Part shown: one piece after another, positions 42,238-53,468 of the stretch
Position numbering within the stretch: position 1 is the first letter of the stretch
How the letters are laid out: each line of letters opens with the position of its first letter
Origin: Planctomycetaceae bacterium
GTDB lineage: Bacteria > Planctomycetota > PLA2
NCBI GenBank assembly: GCA_011525755.1
Contig: WYBS01000069.1
Location: 5,196-69,195 of the forward strand
Direction: 5' to 3'
Length of the DNA: 64,000 nt
The notes under the pieces: model-generated
Told to the model about the DNA's origin: nothing
Seen by the model: the letters and a program-made list of their open reading frames with translations, nothing else
Database searches by the model: none
Position numbers and translations under genes: made by a program

Positions 42238-44403
42238 CTACTCGCCCTCCTGGCGGTTGAGCTTGTCGGCCATCGTGCGGGTGAGCGTGCCCACGCCATC
42301 CTGCTTCTCCGCGATCCTAAAGCGCTCGTCCTCCTCCTTCTTGACCATGCGGTCGAAGGTCGAGGTGCGCTTGTTCACGCGCAGCTGGAGCGACTTGAGC
42401 ATCTTCAGCTCGGCCGAGGTGGGCAGGAGGTTCTCCTCCTGGTCCCCTTCGCTGCCGTCGCCGTTCCCCTCGCCGCCGCCCTGCTTGCGATTGAGCTCCT
42501 CCTTGATGACCTCGATGAGCTCGTCGAGCGTCTGGATGATGTCCTGCTGTACGGCCTGCGTGTAGTCGCCCGCGTCGAGCTTGCGGAGCCTCGCGGCGAG
42601 GCCGTCGAGGTCGCGCTTCATGTCGCGGATCACGTCGGGGATGACGACCGTCGTCCCCTCCTCGGAGAGGATCTCGAGGACCTTCTCGGCCTCCGCGGAG
42701 AGCTCCGCCTCGCCGTCGCCGAGCTGCTGCGCCTTGTCCACGACCGCGCGGGGCGGCTTCTCCGCGTCCTTCATGCGCAGGTTCAGGGAGAGCGTCTCCT
42801 TGAAGATCCTCGACTGCTGGTCGCGCATCCGGGTGAAGCGGCGCTCGAGCGCCTCGAGGAGCATCAGCTGCTCCTCCTCGCGGAGCTGGCGGAGGATCTC
42901 CTCGAGCTCCTCCTTCGCCTTCTCGAGGCGCTCGATCGCCTCCTTCTGGTCCTTGTTGGCACGGTTGGCCGACTTGCCGCGGAGGTTCCGCTCCGCGCGC
43001 TGCATCGCCCCCTTGGCCCCCTCCACCCCCTGCTGTCCCGGCGTCGAGCCTTCCTGGCCCTGCTGGCCGGCGTCCTGCTTCATCTTCTTGAGGAGCTCGC
43101 CGGTATCCTCCTCGGTCTTCTTCTGCTCATCCGCCATCTTGTCGTAGTCAGGCATCTGGATGAGCTTCTTCAGCTCCTCCTCGAACTTCTCGAGCTTCTT
43201 GTAGGCGTTCTCGAGCTCCTTTTTCGCGTCCTCCTCGTGGGGGACCGCGTCGGGGCGGTTGCCCTTGTCGAGCTTGCCCTCCGCCTTGCCCATGTCGCCC
43301 TGGGCCTTCCGGACCTCGCCCGCGCCGGGGTCGGTGCCGGGCGCGCCGCGCTGCAGCTTCTCGAGCTCCTCCGCGAGGCGGCCCGCGTCCTCGCGGATCC
43401 GCTGCTGGTCCTTTTCGAGCTTTCTCTCGCCGAAGTCCTCGAGCCGCTTGGCGAGGCGCTTCAGCGCGTCCTGCGCCTCCTTCAGGTCCTCCTCGGCCTG
43501 CTCCTGCGGCTGCTCGTATCCCTCGCCGCCGCGCATCCCCTGGCCCGCCTGCCCCATGCCCTCGGCGGCGCGGCCGACGGCGCCCGCCGCCTGCTCCGCG
43601 GGGTTCCGGCGCCCTTCCGCGTCCTGCTTCATGGCGTCGGGGAGGCCCTGGGCGAGCTTGCCGATCGCCTCGGCCAGCTCCTTCGCCTTCGCGGCGAGCG
43701 CGTCCTGCTTGTCGGGATCCTTCCTGCCGCGGAGGTCGGCCTGCTCCTTCTGGAGCTCCGCGAGCCGCTTCTGGAGCTCGGCGACGGCGGGGTCGCCGGG
43801 AGGGGCCTTCGTGCCGTCGATGAGCGCCTGCTCGCGCGCGATCAGGTCGCCGAGCTTCGCCTTCGCGGCCGCGGCGCGCTGGAGCGCTTTCTCGGGGTCC
43901 GCGAACTTCTCGGACTTCAGGTGCTGGTCGCGCTCCTGCTCGAGGATCCGGTTGAGCGTCGCGAGCTGGTCCTCCTTCCGCTTGATCTCGTCCTGGAGGT
44001 CCTTCCGCTCGGCGTCGCGGTCGAGCAGGATGTCGAGGAGGCGGGCGAGGGCGGACTCGAGCTGCTTCTGCTTCTCGAAGGCCTCGTTGAAGTACTCCGA
44101 GCGGAGCAGCGTCTCGATCTCGGAGACCTTCTCGAGGTTCCGGTCGTCCTTGCTGCGCTGCCAGGCCATCTTGAGGCGCGCCGCCTGCTCCGGGCTGTTC
44201 TTCGCGAGCTGCTTCATGATCCGCTGCATCGTCTCCTCGATGCGCTTCAGGCGGTCGCCGACCTCCTTCTGCTTGTCGGCGATCTCCCCCGCCTTGGGCG
44301 CGGGGGCCGGCGCGGGCTCCTGCGAGAGGGCGAGGGAGGAGAGGAGCGCGCAGGCAACGAGGGCTCGCTTCACGGCATGTCTCCGGTTCGACGGGCTCCG
44401 CAC
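42238..44403 (-). CDS. Secreted, highly charged coiled-coil protein (721 aa)
   Basis: Signal peptide ALVACALLSSLALSQE. Near-continuous K/E/Q/R/L heptad-like sequence. Its stop is 2 nt from the next gene's start. Confidence 0.8.
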   Translation of the reverse strand: MRSPSNRRHAVKRALVACALLSSLALSQEPAPAPAPKAGEIADKQKEVGDRLKRIEETMQRIMKQLAKNSPEQAARLKMAWQRSKDDRNLEKVSEIETLLRSEYFNEAFEKQKQLESALARLLDILLDRDAERKDLQDEIKRKEDQLATLNRILEQERDQHLKSEKFADPEKALQRAAAAKAKLGDLIAREQALIDGTKAPPGDPAVAELQKRLAELQKEQADLRGRKDPDKQDALAAKAKELAEAIGKLAQGLPDAMKQDAEGRRNPAEQAAGAVGRAAEGMGQAGQGMRGGEGYEQPQEQAEEDLKEAQDALKRLAKRLEDFGERKLEKDQQRIREDAGRLAEELEKLQRGAPGTDPGAGEVRKAQGDMGKAEGKLDKGNRPDAVPHEEDAKKELENAYKKLEKFEEELKKLIQMPDYDKMADEQKKTEEDTGELLKKMKQDAGQQGQEGSTPGQQGVEGAKGAMQRAERNLRGKSANRANKDQKEAIERLEKAKEELEEILRQLREEEQLMLLEALERRFTRMRDQQSRIFKETLSLNLRMKDAEKPPRAVVDKAQQLGDGEAELSAEAEKVLEILSEEGTTVVIPDVIRDMKRDLDGLAARLRKLDAGDYTQAVQQDIIQTLDELIEVIKEELNRKQGGGEGNGDGSEGDQEENLLPTSAELKMLKSLQLRVNKRTSTFDRMVKKEEDERFRIAEKQDGVGTLTRTMADKLNRQEGE

Positions 44404-44573
44404 GCCCGCCTGGTCATTCTACCCCCCCGCGGGGAGGCGGCCTCTTCAGGTTCCAACCGGTCGAGGCGGGGGGAGTTCGGCCTTTTTACGTCCCGCGGAC
44501 GCGCGGCGCTCCCGCCCCCTCCCCCGGGCCCCGGCACTGGGTCCATCGAACGGCCCAGGTGCCTCCCCCTCCG

Positions 44574-46724
44574 TCACTTCGGCTTGTCCGGCGGCGGCGG
44601 GTTCTCCCCGAAGATGTCCCGGAGGACCTCCTCGTACTTCTTCCGGGTGAGCTCCTTCACCTTGCCATGGTCGGCGAGGATCGCGCGGACGGTCTCGACG
44701 ATCTCGGTGAACCCTTCCGCCTTCTCCATCCGGGCGAGCATCGCCTCCATGGCCTTCAGGACATCCTCGTAGCCCGCCTCGACCGCGTCGCCGTCCGCGC
44801 CGCCGACCGCGAACGCCGCCGCACGCTGCGCCGCGTCGTCGAGCCGGCGGGCGTGGGGGTCCATCGTGTCCGTGCGGAGCTGCTCGAGCCCCTTCACGAT
44901 GGAGGTACGGAGCCGACCGATCGTCGCGGGTTCGGCGATCCGGTTGTAGTACATCTCGTCGAAGATCTGCTCGAAGGCGCGCTCGATCGCGTGCACGCGG
45001 CGCGCGATCTCGCGCTGGTCCTGCGCCTGGCTCTCGAACTGCGCGGTCATCTCCGCCGCGGCCGGCGGCTTGTCGCGCAGGTCGAGGAAGCGGTCGCGCA
45101 CGCGCCGCTCGCGCTGGATCAGCTCCTCGAAGAAGGCGCGCTGCTCCTGCTGCCGGCCGAGCAGCTCGTTCGTGAGCTCCTCGAGCGTCACGACCTTGAG
45201 CGCGACCGGGTCCGACTTGCCCTCGTGGGCGTCGGGCTGCGCGTTGTCCTTGCCGTACGCGGTGAAGGCGAGGAAGGCGCCCGGCGCGAGGCCGAGCGGC
45301 CCGAGCTCGATCTCGGCCTCGATCTCGACGTTCTCCGTCCCGAGCCGCTCCGCGGGGAGGGCGACGAGGTGGGGCTCCGGGGCCTCGCGGTCGCCGGCGC
45401 TCTTCACGATCTCGAGCCGGCCCTCGACGACCTTCACGTCGTCGGTCGCGCGGACCGTGTAGGGCACGAGCGCGACGGGGACGACCATCGCGCCGACGCC
45501 GCGCTTCTGCAGGCGCACGCGCGGCGCCGCGTCATCGACGACGCGGACGACGAAGCGCGGAGCGAGAGTCGGGTTCGAGAGCCCGTCGGTGTCGCGCAGC
45601 CGCACCCCGAGGAGCACCGTCTCCTCCGGCGCGATCGTCACCTCGAAGGAGTCGGGGCCCGTGAGCTTGCCGGGCACGGCCTGGTCGGCACCCTCGCCGA
45701 GCACGATCTCCATCGACCGGAGGGGCTTCGTCGCCTTGCCGCGGAGGACGAGGAACCCGCCCTTGAGCATCTCCGGGTCGCCCTGCGCCGGGTCGACCTT
45801 CACCGGGTCGCGCCCCGCATAGGAGGGGAACCCGACCTCGACCGCCACCTCGACCACCTCGGGGGCGTCCATGAGCTCGATCCTGTAGTCCTCCGTCACC
45901 TCGTCGCCGCCCTCGAGGTGGAACGTGACCGGGAAGGCGATCGCCTTGAACTCGTGGCGATAGACGTGGCCCTGGAGGTCGGCCTTCATCGTCGCCTTCC
46001 CCCGCTCCCCCTCGCTGTCCCGGTAGTGGATCGTGACGCGCTCGGGGTGCTCGACGCCGACACTCCGCGCCGTCACGACGAGGTCCGCGCCGCGCACGAT
46101 GCGCGCGACCCGATTCGGGAAGAGGTCCTCGTCCACGACCAGATAGGTCTTCTGCGGCCAGCGGACGTCGCGCAAAAGGACGTTGCGCTTGAACCAGATG
46201 CTCGCCGCGGCGGGGTCCGCGGCGGCGCCCGCTGCGAGGACCCCGATCGCGAGGAGGCCGAGCGCGGCCCGGCGCGCGACGCGGCCGGTCGCGAGGATCC
46301 TGCCGAAGTCGACGTGCTTCACCGGCTCCGCGACCGCATGCACGGCGTCCTCGATCAGCTGAGGCGACATGCCGTAGCGCTCGGGGTCGGCGACGCGCGC
46401 GAGCTGGAGCGCCGAGATCAGGCGGTCGGACAGGTCGGGGTAGCGCGCCTCCACCGCGATCGCGAGCGGGTCCTCGCCGGGGAGTCGCCGCAGCCGCCGG
46501 AAGAGGAAGCGCCAGGAGACCCAGCCGAGCCCGCCGAGGCCGGCGAGGAGGATCACCGCGCGGGCCGCGACCTCGAGGCGGAAGACGCGGTCCAGGAGGA
46601 AGCTCAGCGCGACGGCGGCGAGGAGCACGCCCGCCACGCGCGCGCCCCCGTCGAGCGCGAGCGCCGCGGCGATGCGGCGGCGGAGCGCGTCGAGCCGGGC
46701 GCGGATCTGCGGGAGGTCGTTCAT
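44574..46724 (-). CDS. DUF4175-like membrane protein
   Basis: 716 aa. N-terminal TM pair (GVLLAAVALSFLLDRVF..., AVILLAGLGGLGWVSW), then the RYPDLSDRLISALQL motif typical of DUF4175. A large beta-rich extracytoplasmic part and a helical C-terminus. Confidence 0.8.
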   Translation of the reverse strand: MNDLPQIRARLDALRRRIAAALALDGGARVAGVLLAAVALSFLLDRVFRLEVAARAVILLAGLGGLGWVSWRFLFRRLRRLPGEDPLAIAVEARYPDLSDRLISALQLARVADPERYGMSPQLIEDAVHAVAEPVKHVDFGRILATGRVARRAALGLLAIGVLAAGAAADPAAASIWFKRNVLLRDVRWPQKTYLVVDEDLFPNRVARIVRGADLVVTARSVGVEHPERVTIHYRDSEGERGKATMKADLQGHVYRHEFKAIAFPVTFHLEGGDEVTEDYRIELMDAPEVVEVAVEVGFPSYAGRDPVKVDPAQGDPEMLKGGFLVLRGKATKPLRSMEIVLGEGADQAVPGKLTGPDSFEVTIAPEETVLLGVRLRDTDGLSNPTLAPRFVVRVVDDAAPRVRLQKRGVGAMVVPVALVPYTVRATDDVKVVEGRLEIVKSAGDREAPEPHLVALPAERLGTENVEIEAEIELGPLGLAPGAFLAFTAYGKDNAQPDAHEGKSDPVALKVVTLEELTNELLGRQQEQRAFFEELIQRERRVRDRFLDLRDKPPAAAEMTAQFESQAQDQREIARRVHAIERAFEQIFDEMYYNRIAEPATIGRLRTSIVKGLEQLRTDTMDPHARRLDDAAQRAAAFAVGGADGDAVEAGYEDVLKAMEAMLARMEKAEGFTEIVETVRAILADHGKVKELTRKKYEEVLRDIFGENPPPPDKPK

Positions 46725-46725
46725 C

Positions 46726-49194
46726 TCACACCATCCGGTAGCGCTTGCGCAGGATCCACTCCGCGCAGAGCAGGAGGAGGACGAGGGTGACGGTCGTCCA
46801 CGTGTCCCAGAGCGGCACCGGCCGGCCCTGGGTCACCACGCGCTCGCTCGCCGGCGGGATGACCTGCGGGTCGCCGAGCTTCGCCAGGTCGAAGATCTCC
46901 GCGGAGAGGCCGCGCGTGCGGGCGGCGAGGTCCTTGAGCAGCGGCCGGTCGGCGCGCACGTCGCCCATCTCGCGGTGCGGCTCCTCGGCCCGGAAGGAGG
47001 CGGCGGGCGCCTCGGGCCCCTCGCCCTTGAACTCGGCGGCCGTCGCGAAGATCTCGTAGTCGCCGACGGCGGGGGGCGCGAACGAGCCCGCGAAGTGGCC
47101 TCTCTTGCCCTCCACCGGCGCGAGCTTCAGCTCCTGCTCGAGCTCCGGGCCGTGCACGGTCACCGAGACCGAGGGCGCGTCGAGCGGCTCGAACGACGGG
47201 TCGAAGGCCTCCGCCGACACGCGCACGGCGTCGCCGAGGTCGACGAGCTCCCGGTCGAGGTAGACCCGGAAACGCCTCCGCGCGCCGCCGAGCCTGCCCT
47301 CGAGGAGGAAGCGGGTCGTCTGCACCCAGAACCGGTCGAAGACCGCCTCGGCGGTGCCGCGCCAGCGGTGCGTCTCGTCGGCCGCGAGGAAGAGGACGCG
47401 GCCGGCGCCGTAGCGGTGGACCGCGAGCACGGGACGGCGGCCGTAGGGCTCGACCGTCTCCCGCGGGTCGTCGTGGCGTGCGAGGACGGTCGCGCCCGGC
47501 TTCGCCTTGAGCACCGGGAAGCACCAGTAGAACGGCGGCAGCCGGTCCCACACGAGCTCCTTCGCCTGCTTCGGGTCGGAGTGGAATCGCGTCGCGGGGT
47601 GCGAGAGGCCGGCGGGCTCCGGCGCCATCCGCCAGGGCGAGCTGAAGTAGCCGCCGTAGCCGATGCCGATCCCCGGCTGGTCGGCGCGGTCGGTGTCGAG
47701 GACGACCGGCAGGATGCCGGAGAGGTCGTTCTCGCCCGAGGGCGTGTCGCGCAGGAGCGAGAGCGTGTACTTGTTGCCGGCGATGAAGGCGAGCCCGCCG
47801 CCGTGCTCCGCCACGAACTTCTTGAGCAGCGCCGGCCAGTCCGGCGGGAAGGCGGCCGGGTCCGGGTCATGGAGGATGACGACGTCGTACCCGAAGAGGT
47901 CCTTCTCCTCCTTCGGGAGCTCCTCGATCGCGATGTTGCCGTCCTGGCGGAAGCCCGGGTCCGCGCTCTCGAGGAAGCACGCGAGCGTGATCGTCGAGTC
48001 GCGCATCAGCGTGTTCTTGATCGCGTAGTAGTCGTACGCGGGCGCGCCCGCGACGAGCAGGACCTTCGCCTTCTCCTCGACGACGCGCGTGACGAAGATC
48101 TTCTCGTTGTCCTTCGTGTCGGATTCGTCCGTCGCCGGCTCGATGCGCGCGCGGTACTCGACGAGGCCCGTGTTCGGCGGCCGGTCCGTGAACCGGAGGA
48201 TCGCGGGCTGGTCGCCGGGGGGGAAATCCACGTGCTCGGTCGCGATGTGGTCCCACGCGTCGCCCGCCTCGGGGTAGCGCCGCATGAGCTCGACGGTCGC
48301 GCTGCCGTAGCCGCGACCGGTCGCGCGGGCCTCGAAGACCGCCGGGTCGTTCCGGAAGATCCGGTCGGGCCCGGCGAGCGAAGTGACGCGGAGGTTCCTC
48401 GGGAGCTCCGCCTCGCCGACGACGACCGTGAAGAGGCGGAGGTCCTTGTTGCGGAGGTAGAGCGCGAGGTCCTCGGGCGGCGGCCCGAGGTTGTTCCGCC
48501 CGTCGGTGACGACGATGATCGCGGAGACCCGGTCGGAGCCCGCCGTCTCGACCGCCTGCCGGACCGAGCCGGCGAGGTTCGTGCCCTTCACGGCGCGCTC
48601 GCGCCCCTTGTCGGAGCCGAGCTCGATCCCGGGGACCGGCGGCGGGACGGCGTCGCGCGAGAGCCTCGGCACGATGACCGGCGCCGAGACGGTGTCCGAG
48701 AAGTTGTGCACGATCACGCGGTTGCTCCTCGCGAGCATCGTGACGAGCCCGGACGCGTCGAGCGCCTCGTTGACGATCCGGTAGCGCGGAAGCTCGCGCG
48801 GGTCCTTGGCGATCGCGTTCCGGAGCGCCGCCCACGTCGCCTCGTTCGCGTAGCGGTCACGCGAGGTCATCGAGAGCGACCCGTCGAGGAGGACCAGCGT
48901 GCTCTTGTCGATCTCCTCCACATGGTCGATCGAGAGGATCGGCTCGAGGATGAGGAGGAAGGCGCAGGCGATCACGAGCGCGCGCAGCGTGGCGAGCGCG
49001 ATCTTCAGGGGGCCGGGGGCGCTGCCCTCGCGGCGGTAGACCCAGAAGACGCCGCCCACGAGCGCAAGGGCGAGCAGGAGGAGCGCGAGCCCGGCCGAGC
49101 CGCGCGGAAGGTTCGCGAACTCGAACGAGGTGACCGCCCCCTCGGGGATGTCCCCCTCCTCGACGCCGAGCAGCGCGCGCAGCCAGTCGCTCAT
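46726..49194 (-). CDS. Membrane-anchored vWA-domain protein with GATase1-like C-terminal domains (BatB-like)
   Basis: Start MSDWLRALLG overlaps the upstream stop (ATGA). TM segments are present. MIDAS-like LVLLDGSLSM and IIVVTDGRNN. Later KVLLVAGAPAYDY...DVVILHDPD...GGGLAFIAGN. Confidence 0.85.
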   Translation of the reverse strand: MSDWLRALLGVEEGDIPEGAVTSFEFANLPRGSAGLALLLLALALVGGVFWVYRREGSAPGPLKIALATLRALVIACAFLLILEPILSIDHVEEIDKSTLVLLDGSLSMTSRDRYANEATWAALRNAIAKDPRELPRYRIVNEALDASGLVTMLARSNRVIVHNFSDTVSAPVIVPRLSRDAVPPPVPGIELGSDKGRERAVKGTNLAGSVRQAVETAGSDRVSAIIVVTDGRNNLGPPPEDLALYLRNKDLRLFTVVVGEAELPRNLRVTSLAGPDRIFRNDPAVFEARATGRGYGSATVELMRRYPEAGDAWDHIATEHVDFPPGDQPAILRFTDRPPNTGLVEYRARIEPATDESDTKDNEKIFVTRVVEEKAKVLLVAGAPAYDYYAIKNTLMRDSTITLACFLESADPGFRQDGNIAIEELPKEEKDLFGYDVVILHDPDPAAFPPDWPALLKKFVAEHGGGLAFIAGNKYTLSLLRDTPSGENDLSGILPVVLDTDRADQPGIGIGYGGYFSSPWRMAPEPAGLSHPATRFHSDPKQAKELVWDRLPPFYWCFPVLKAKPGATVLARHDDPRETVEPYGRRPVLAVHRYGAGRVLFLAADETHRWRGTAEAVFDRFWVQTTRFLLEGRLGGARRRFRVYLDRELVDLGDAVRVSAEAFDPSFEPLDAPSVSVTVHGPELEQELKLAPVEGKRGHFAGSFAPPAVGDYEIFATAAEFKGEGPEAPAASFRAEEPHREMGDVRADRPLLKDLAARTRGLSAEIFDLAKLGDPQVIPPASERVVTQGRPVPLWDTWTTVTLVLLLLCAEWILRKRYRMV

Positions 49195-51449
49195 CGGACG
49201 AACACCTGCTTCCCCTCGGCCTCGACGCCCTTCGCCTTGTGGTGGCCGAACCGCCACGCGAGGAGCGTCTCGAGGGCCGCGACCGCGACGAGCGCGGCCA
49301 CCAGCGTGCGCCAGAACTCCGACCGGTCCGCGTCCTCGCCGCCGAGCGCCGCGCCCTCGGCTCCGCGCTCGATCCGGGCGCCGGGGGCGGCGGCGCGGAG
49401 CTTCTCGATGTCGACGCGCTCGAGGTCGCCCTCGCTCGGGTCGAGGTTCGTCGCGTAGAGGCGCTCGAACGCCTCGCCCTGCGGCGTCTTCAGGCGCACC
49501 GCGTACTCGCCGGCGACGGTCGTCCGGTCGTAGCGGTAGAAGAGCTGCTTCGTCGCCTCGTCCCGCGCGGAGGCGAGCTGGATCGGGGTGCCCCCGAGCT
49601 CCGGGGGCGGGACCACCGCGACCTGCGGCGCCATCTCCTTCGGGTCGTAGCGCAGGACGATCGGCTCGCCGACGGTCTTCGTGTAGATGTCGGGATCGCG
49701 GCGGACCACGTAGCGCGCCGCCTCCTGGAGGAGCGGCAGCCAGAGGACCGAGTGCGGGAAGTTGGACCACTCGAGGTCCGCGGCGGTCGTGAAGAGGAGT
49801 ACCCGCCCCTCGCCCAGCGGCTTCTCGACGAGCGCGGGCGACCCGTCCTCGTCCGTGTAGGAGAGGAGCACGCGGGCGTCGCCACGGGAAGGCGCGTCGC
49901 ACCCCACGAAGCGGTTCACCGCGACCGTGCGGAACACGGCCGGATGGAGCCCGCGGAGGAACCGCACCGCGGGGTGGTCGGGTGCGGCGGGCGCGAGGTT
50001 GCTGTAGTCGTCCGACGAGCCCTCGACGTCGCGCAGGGGGACCGGGAGCAGGTGGCGGCCCGCCTCCTCTCCGCGTCCGTAGAAGACGGAGTTGTAGACC
50101 TGCGGGTCGACCTGGTCGCCGAGGAAGAAGACGACGCCCCCGCCGGCGCGCACGTACTCCTCGAGCGCCTTCACCCGGTCGTCGGGGAGGCGGTAGACGT
50201 TGCAGAGGAAGATGCCGTCGTAGGCCGCGGGATCGCGGCCGCCGAACGAGCTGTCCGCGACGACGTCGACCTCGATGCCGCTCGCCACGTCGCCGGGCGG
50301 CATGAGCGCGGCGGCGAGGAAGTCGGTCTCGCCGCGGTAGGCCTCCGGCTCCGGCTCGCCGTCCACGAGGAGGAAGCGGATCCGGGGGCGGACGCTCACG
50401 ATGCGGCGGCGCACGTCGTCGCCGGGGACCACGCCGGCGGGCGTGCGCGCGCGGACGACGGCGGGGCCGGCCGTGCGGAACGTGTACTCGGTCTTCACCT
50501 CGACGGGCTCGCCGCCCGGCGGGATCTCGCCCTCGACGCGCACCGGAACCTGCTGGTGCGCCCCGAACTCGAACTGCACGGTGACGTTCGAGGCGGGGGA
50601 GGGGCCGTAGTTCCTGATCCGCGCGACGAAGGTCGCGGGCACCCCCGCGATCACGGCGCGGTCGACCGGCTCGAGCCCGACGACGCCGATGTTGTCCACG
50701 GGCGGGGCGCCCACGTCGATCAGCCGAATCTCGGCCCGCTCCGCGAGCGCGGCGAGCGCCCTCAGCACGTCGGGGCGCAGGTCGCCGGTCCCCTCGGCCC
50801 AGTCGCGCCGCCGGAAGTCGGAGATGACGTGGACGACGAGGCGCGCCTCGCTCTCCTCGCGGTCGGCGAGCAGCGCGTCCACCGCGGCGACGACGTCGAG
50901 CGTCCCGTCGGAGGGCTGGAGCGAATCGATCGCCTTCGCGAGGCGCGGGCCGTGCGCGCTCGCCACGGAGACGCGCCGGAACCCCTCCTCGGCGTCGCGC
51001 GGGCGCGTGCCGAGAAGCAGCGTGAGCCGGTCGCTGCTCCGCTCCTCGTGGAGCCGCTCGACGAGCCGCCGCGCGAGCCCCTTCGCCGTGTCGAACGCCG
51101 ACCGGTTGCCCTGCCCCGCGCGCATCGAGTGCGAGTCGTCGAGCAGGAGGATGCGATCGGTCGGCCCGGCGGCGCCGAAGAGCGCCGCGAGCGCGTCCTG
51201 CCGCTCGCTGAAGGGGCGGGCGACGGCGAGGATCAGGAGGACCACGAGCGCCGTCCGCAGGAGCAGGAGGAGGAGGTTCTCGAGCCGCACCCGGCGCCGG
51301 TTGCGCACCGCCGCCTTGAGCAGGAACTCCATCGCCGCCCACTCCATCGTCTTGAACCGCCGCCGGTTCAGGAGGTGGATGATGATCGGCAGGCTCGCGA
51401 GCGCGAGGCCGCCGAGCATCGCCGGATGGACGAAGGAGATCGCGATCAT
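49191..51449 (-). CDS. BatA-N-terminal-domain / vWA-domain membrane protein
   Basis: Start MIAISFVHPAMLGGLALASLPIIIHLLNRRR (BatA aerotolerance N-terminal motif) overlaps the DUF58 stop. MIDAS RILLLDDSHSM. C-terminal GATase1-like part (GIFLCNV...GGGVVFFLGD). Confidence 0.85.
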   Translation of the reverse strand: MIAISFVHPAMLGGLALASLPIIIHLLNRRRFKTMEWAAMEFLLKAAVRNRRRVRLENLLLLLLRTALVVLLILAVARPFSERQDALAALFGAAGPTDRILLLDDSHSMRAGQGNRSAFDTAKGLARRLVERLHEERSSDRLTLLLGTRPRDAEEGFRRVSVASAHGPRLAKAIDSLQPSDGTLDVVAAVDALLADREESEARLVVHVISDFRRRDWAEGTGDLRPDVLRALAALAERAEIRLIDVGAPPVDNIGVVGLEPVDRAVIAGVPATFVARIRNYGPSPASNVTVQFEFGAHQQVPVRVEGEIPPGGEPVEVKTEYTFRTAGPAVVRARTPAGVVPGDDVRRRIVSVRPRIRFLLVDGEPEPEAYRGETDFLAAALMPPGDVASGIEVDVVADSSFGGRDPAAYDGIFLCNVYRLPDDRVKALEEYVRAGGGVVFFLGDQVDPQVYNSVFYGRGEEAGRHLLPVPLRDVEGSSDDYSNLAPAAPDHPAVRFLRGLHPAVFRTVAVNRFVGCDAPSRGDARVLLSYTDEDGSPALVEKPLGEGRVLLFTTAADLEWSNFPHSVLWLPLLQEAARYVVRRDPDIYTKTVGEPIVLRYDPKEMAPQVAVVPPPELGGTPIQLASARDEATKQLFYRYDRTTVAGEYAVRLKTPQGEAFERLYATNLDPSEGDLERVDIEKLRAAAPGARIERGAEGAALGGEDADRSEFWRTLVAALVAVAALETLLAWRFGHHKAKGVEAEGKQVFVR

Positions 51450-52368
51450 CGCCGGCGCGTGCTCCCGCGCACGACCCGGGCGCGCGCCGCGAGGAATCCC
51501 GCGAGCGACTTGTCGAGCCGGTCGCCGGTCGAGAGCAGCATGTAGTCGATACGCATCGAGGCGCACATGCGCCGCACCTGCTCGAGGAACTCGCGCAGGA
51601 TCTCGAGGTAGCCGTCGCGCAGCGAGCGCGGCTCCGCGATCAGGTCGGGCAGCTGCTCGAGCCCGACGAACCGCGTGTTGTCCTCGAAGGGGAAGGTGAG
51701 CTCGGTCTCGTCGAGGACGTGGAAGAGCACCACCTCGTGCCGCTTGTGGCGGAGGTGCTTCAGCCCGTTTTCGATCGTCTCGAGCGGCGCGAAGAGGTCG
51801 GAGAAGATCGCGATGAGCGAGCGGCGCCCGGCGGCGTCGGCGAAGTCGCGAAGCGGCGCCGCGAAGTCGGTCTTCCGCTGCGGCTTCATCGGCTCGACCA
51901 TCGAGAGGATGTTCTGCAGGCTGTGCCAGTTGCTCGACACCGGCACGGCGCCCTGGAGGCGGTCGTCGAAGAGGCGCAGGCCGACCGCGTCGCGCTGCTT
52001 CAGCAGCAGGAACGCGATCGCCGCCGCCGCCGTCGCGCCGTACTCGAACTTGGAGAGCGGCTGCGTGCCGAACCGCATCGACTCGCTGATGTCGAGCAGC
52101 AGGTGGCAGCGGAGGTTCGTCTCCTCCTCGTACTGCTTGATGTAGTAGCGGTCGGCCCGGCCCCAGAGCTTCCAGTCGATGTGGCGGATGTCGTCGCCGG
52201 GCGCATACTCCCGGTGCTCCGCGAACTCGACGCTGTACCCCTTCCGCGGCGACTTGTGGAGGCCGGAGACGTACCCCTCCACGACCTGCCGCGCGCGCAG
52301 GTCGAGGCGCGAGATCTCCGCCAGCACCGCCGGATCGAGGAACCGGCTCTGCCCCCCCGGGTGCGCCA

Positions 52369-52369
<1 letters not shown>
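51446..52369 (-). CDS. DUF58 domain protein (MoxR partner)
   Basis: Start MAHPGGQSRFLDPAVLAEI overlaps the MoxR stop. G.H.S...G.S.EF.EHREY.PGDD.R.IDW...AR......K.Y.EE is the DUF58 signature. Confidence 0.9.
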
Positions 52370-53403
<1,034 letters not shown>

Positions 53404-53468
53404 CGATTCCTCCCGTCGGGGCCCCCGGGCCCCCCTGGTTTACGCCGCTCTCGCCCCGCGCCTCCCGG

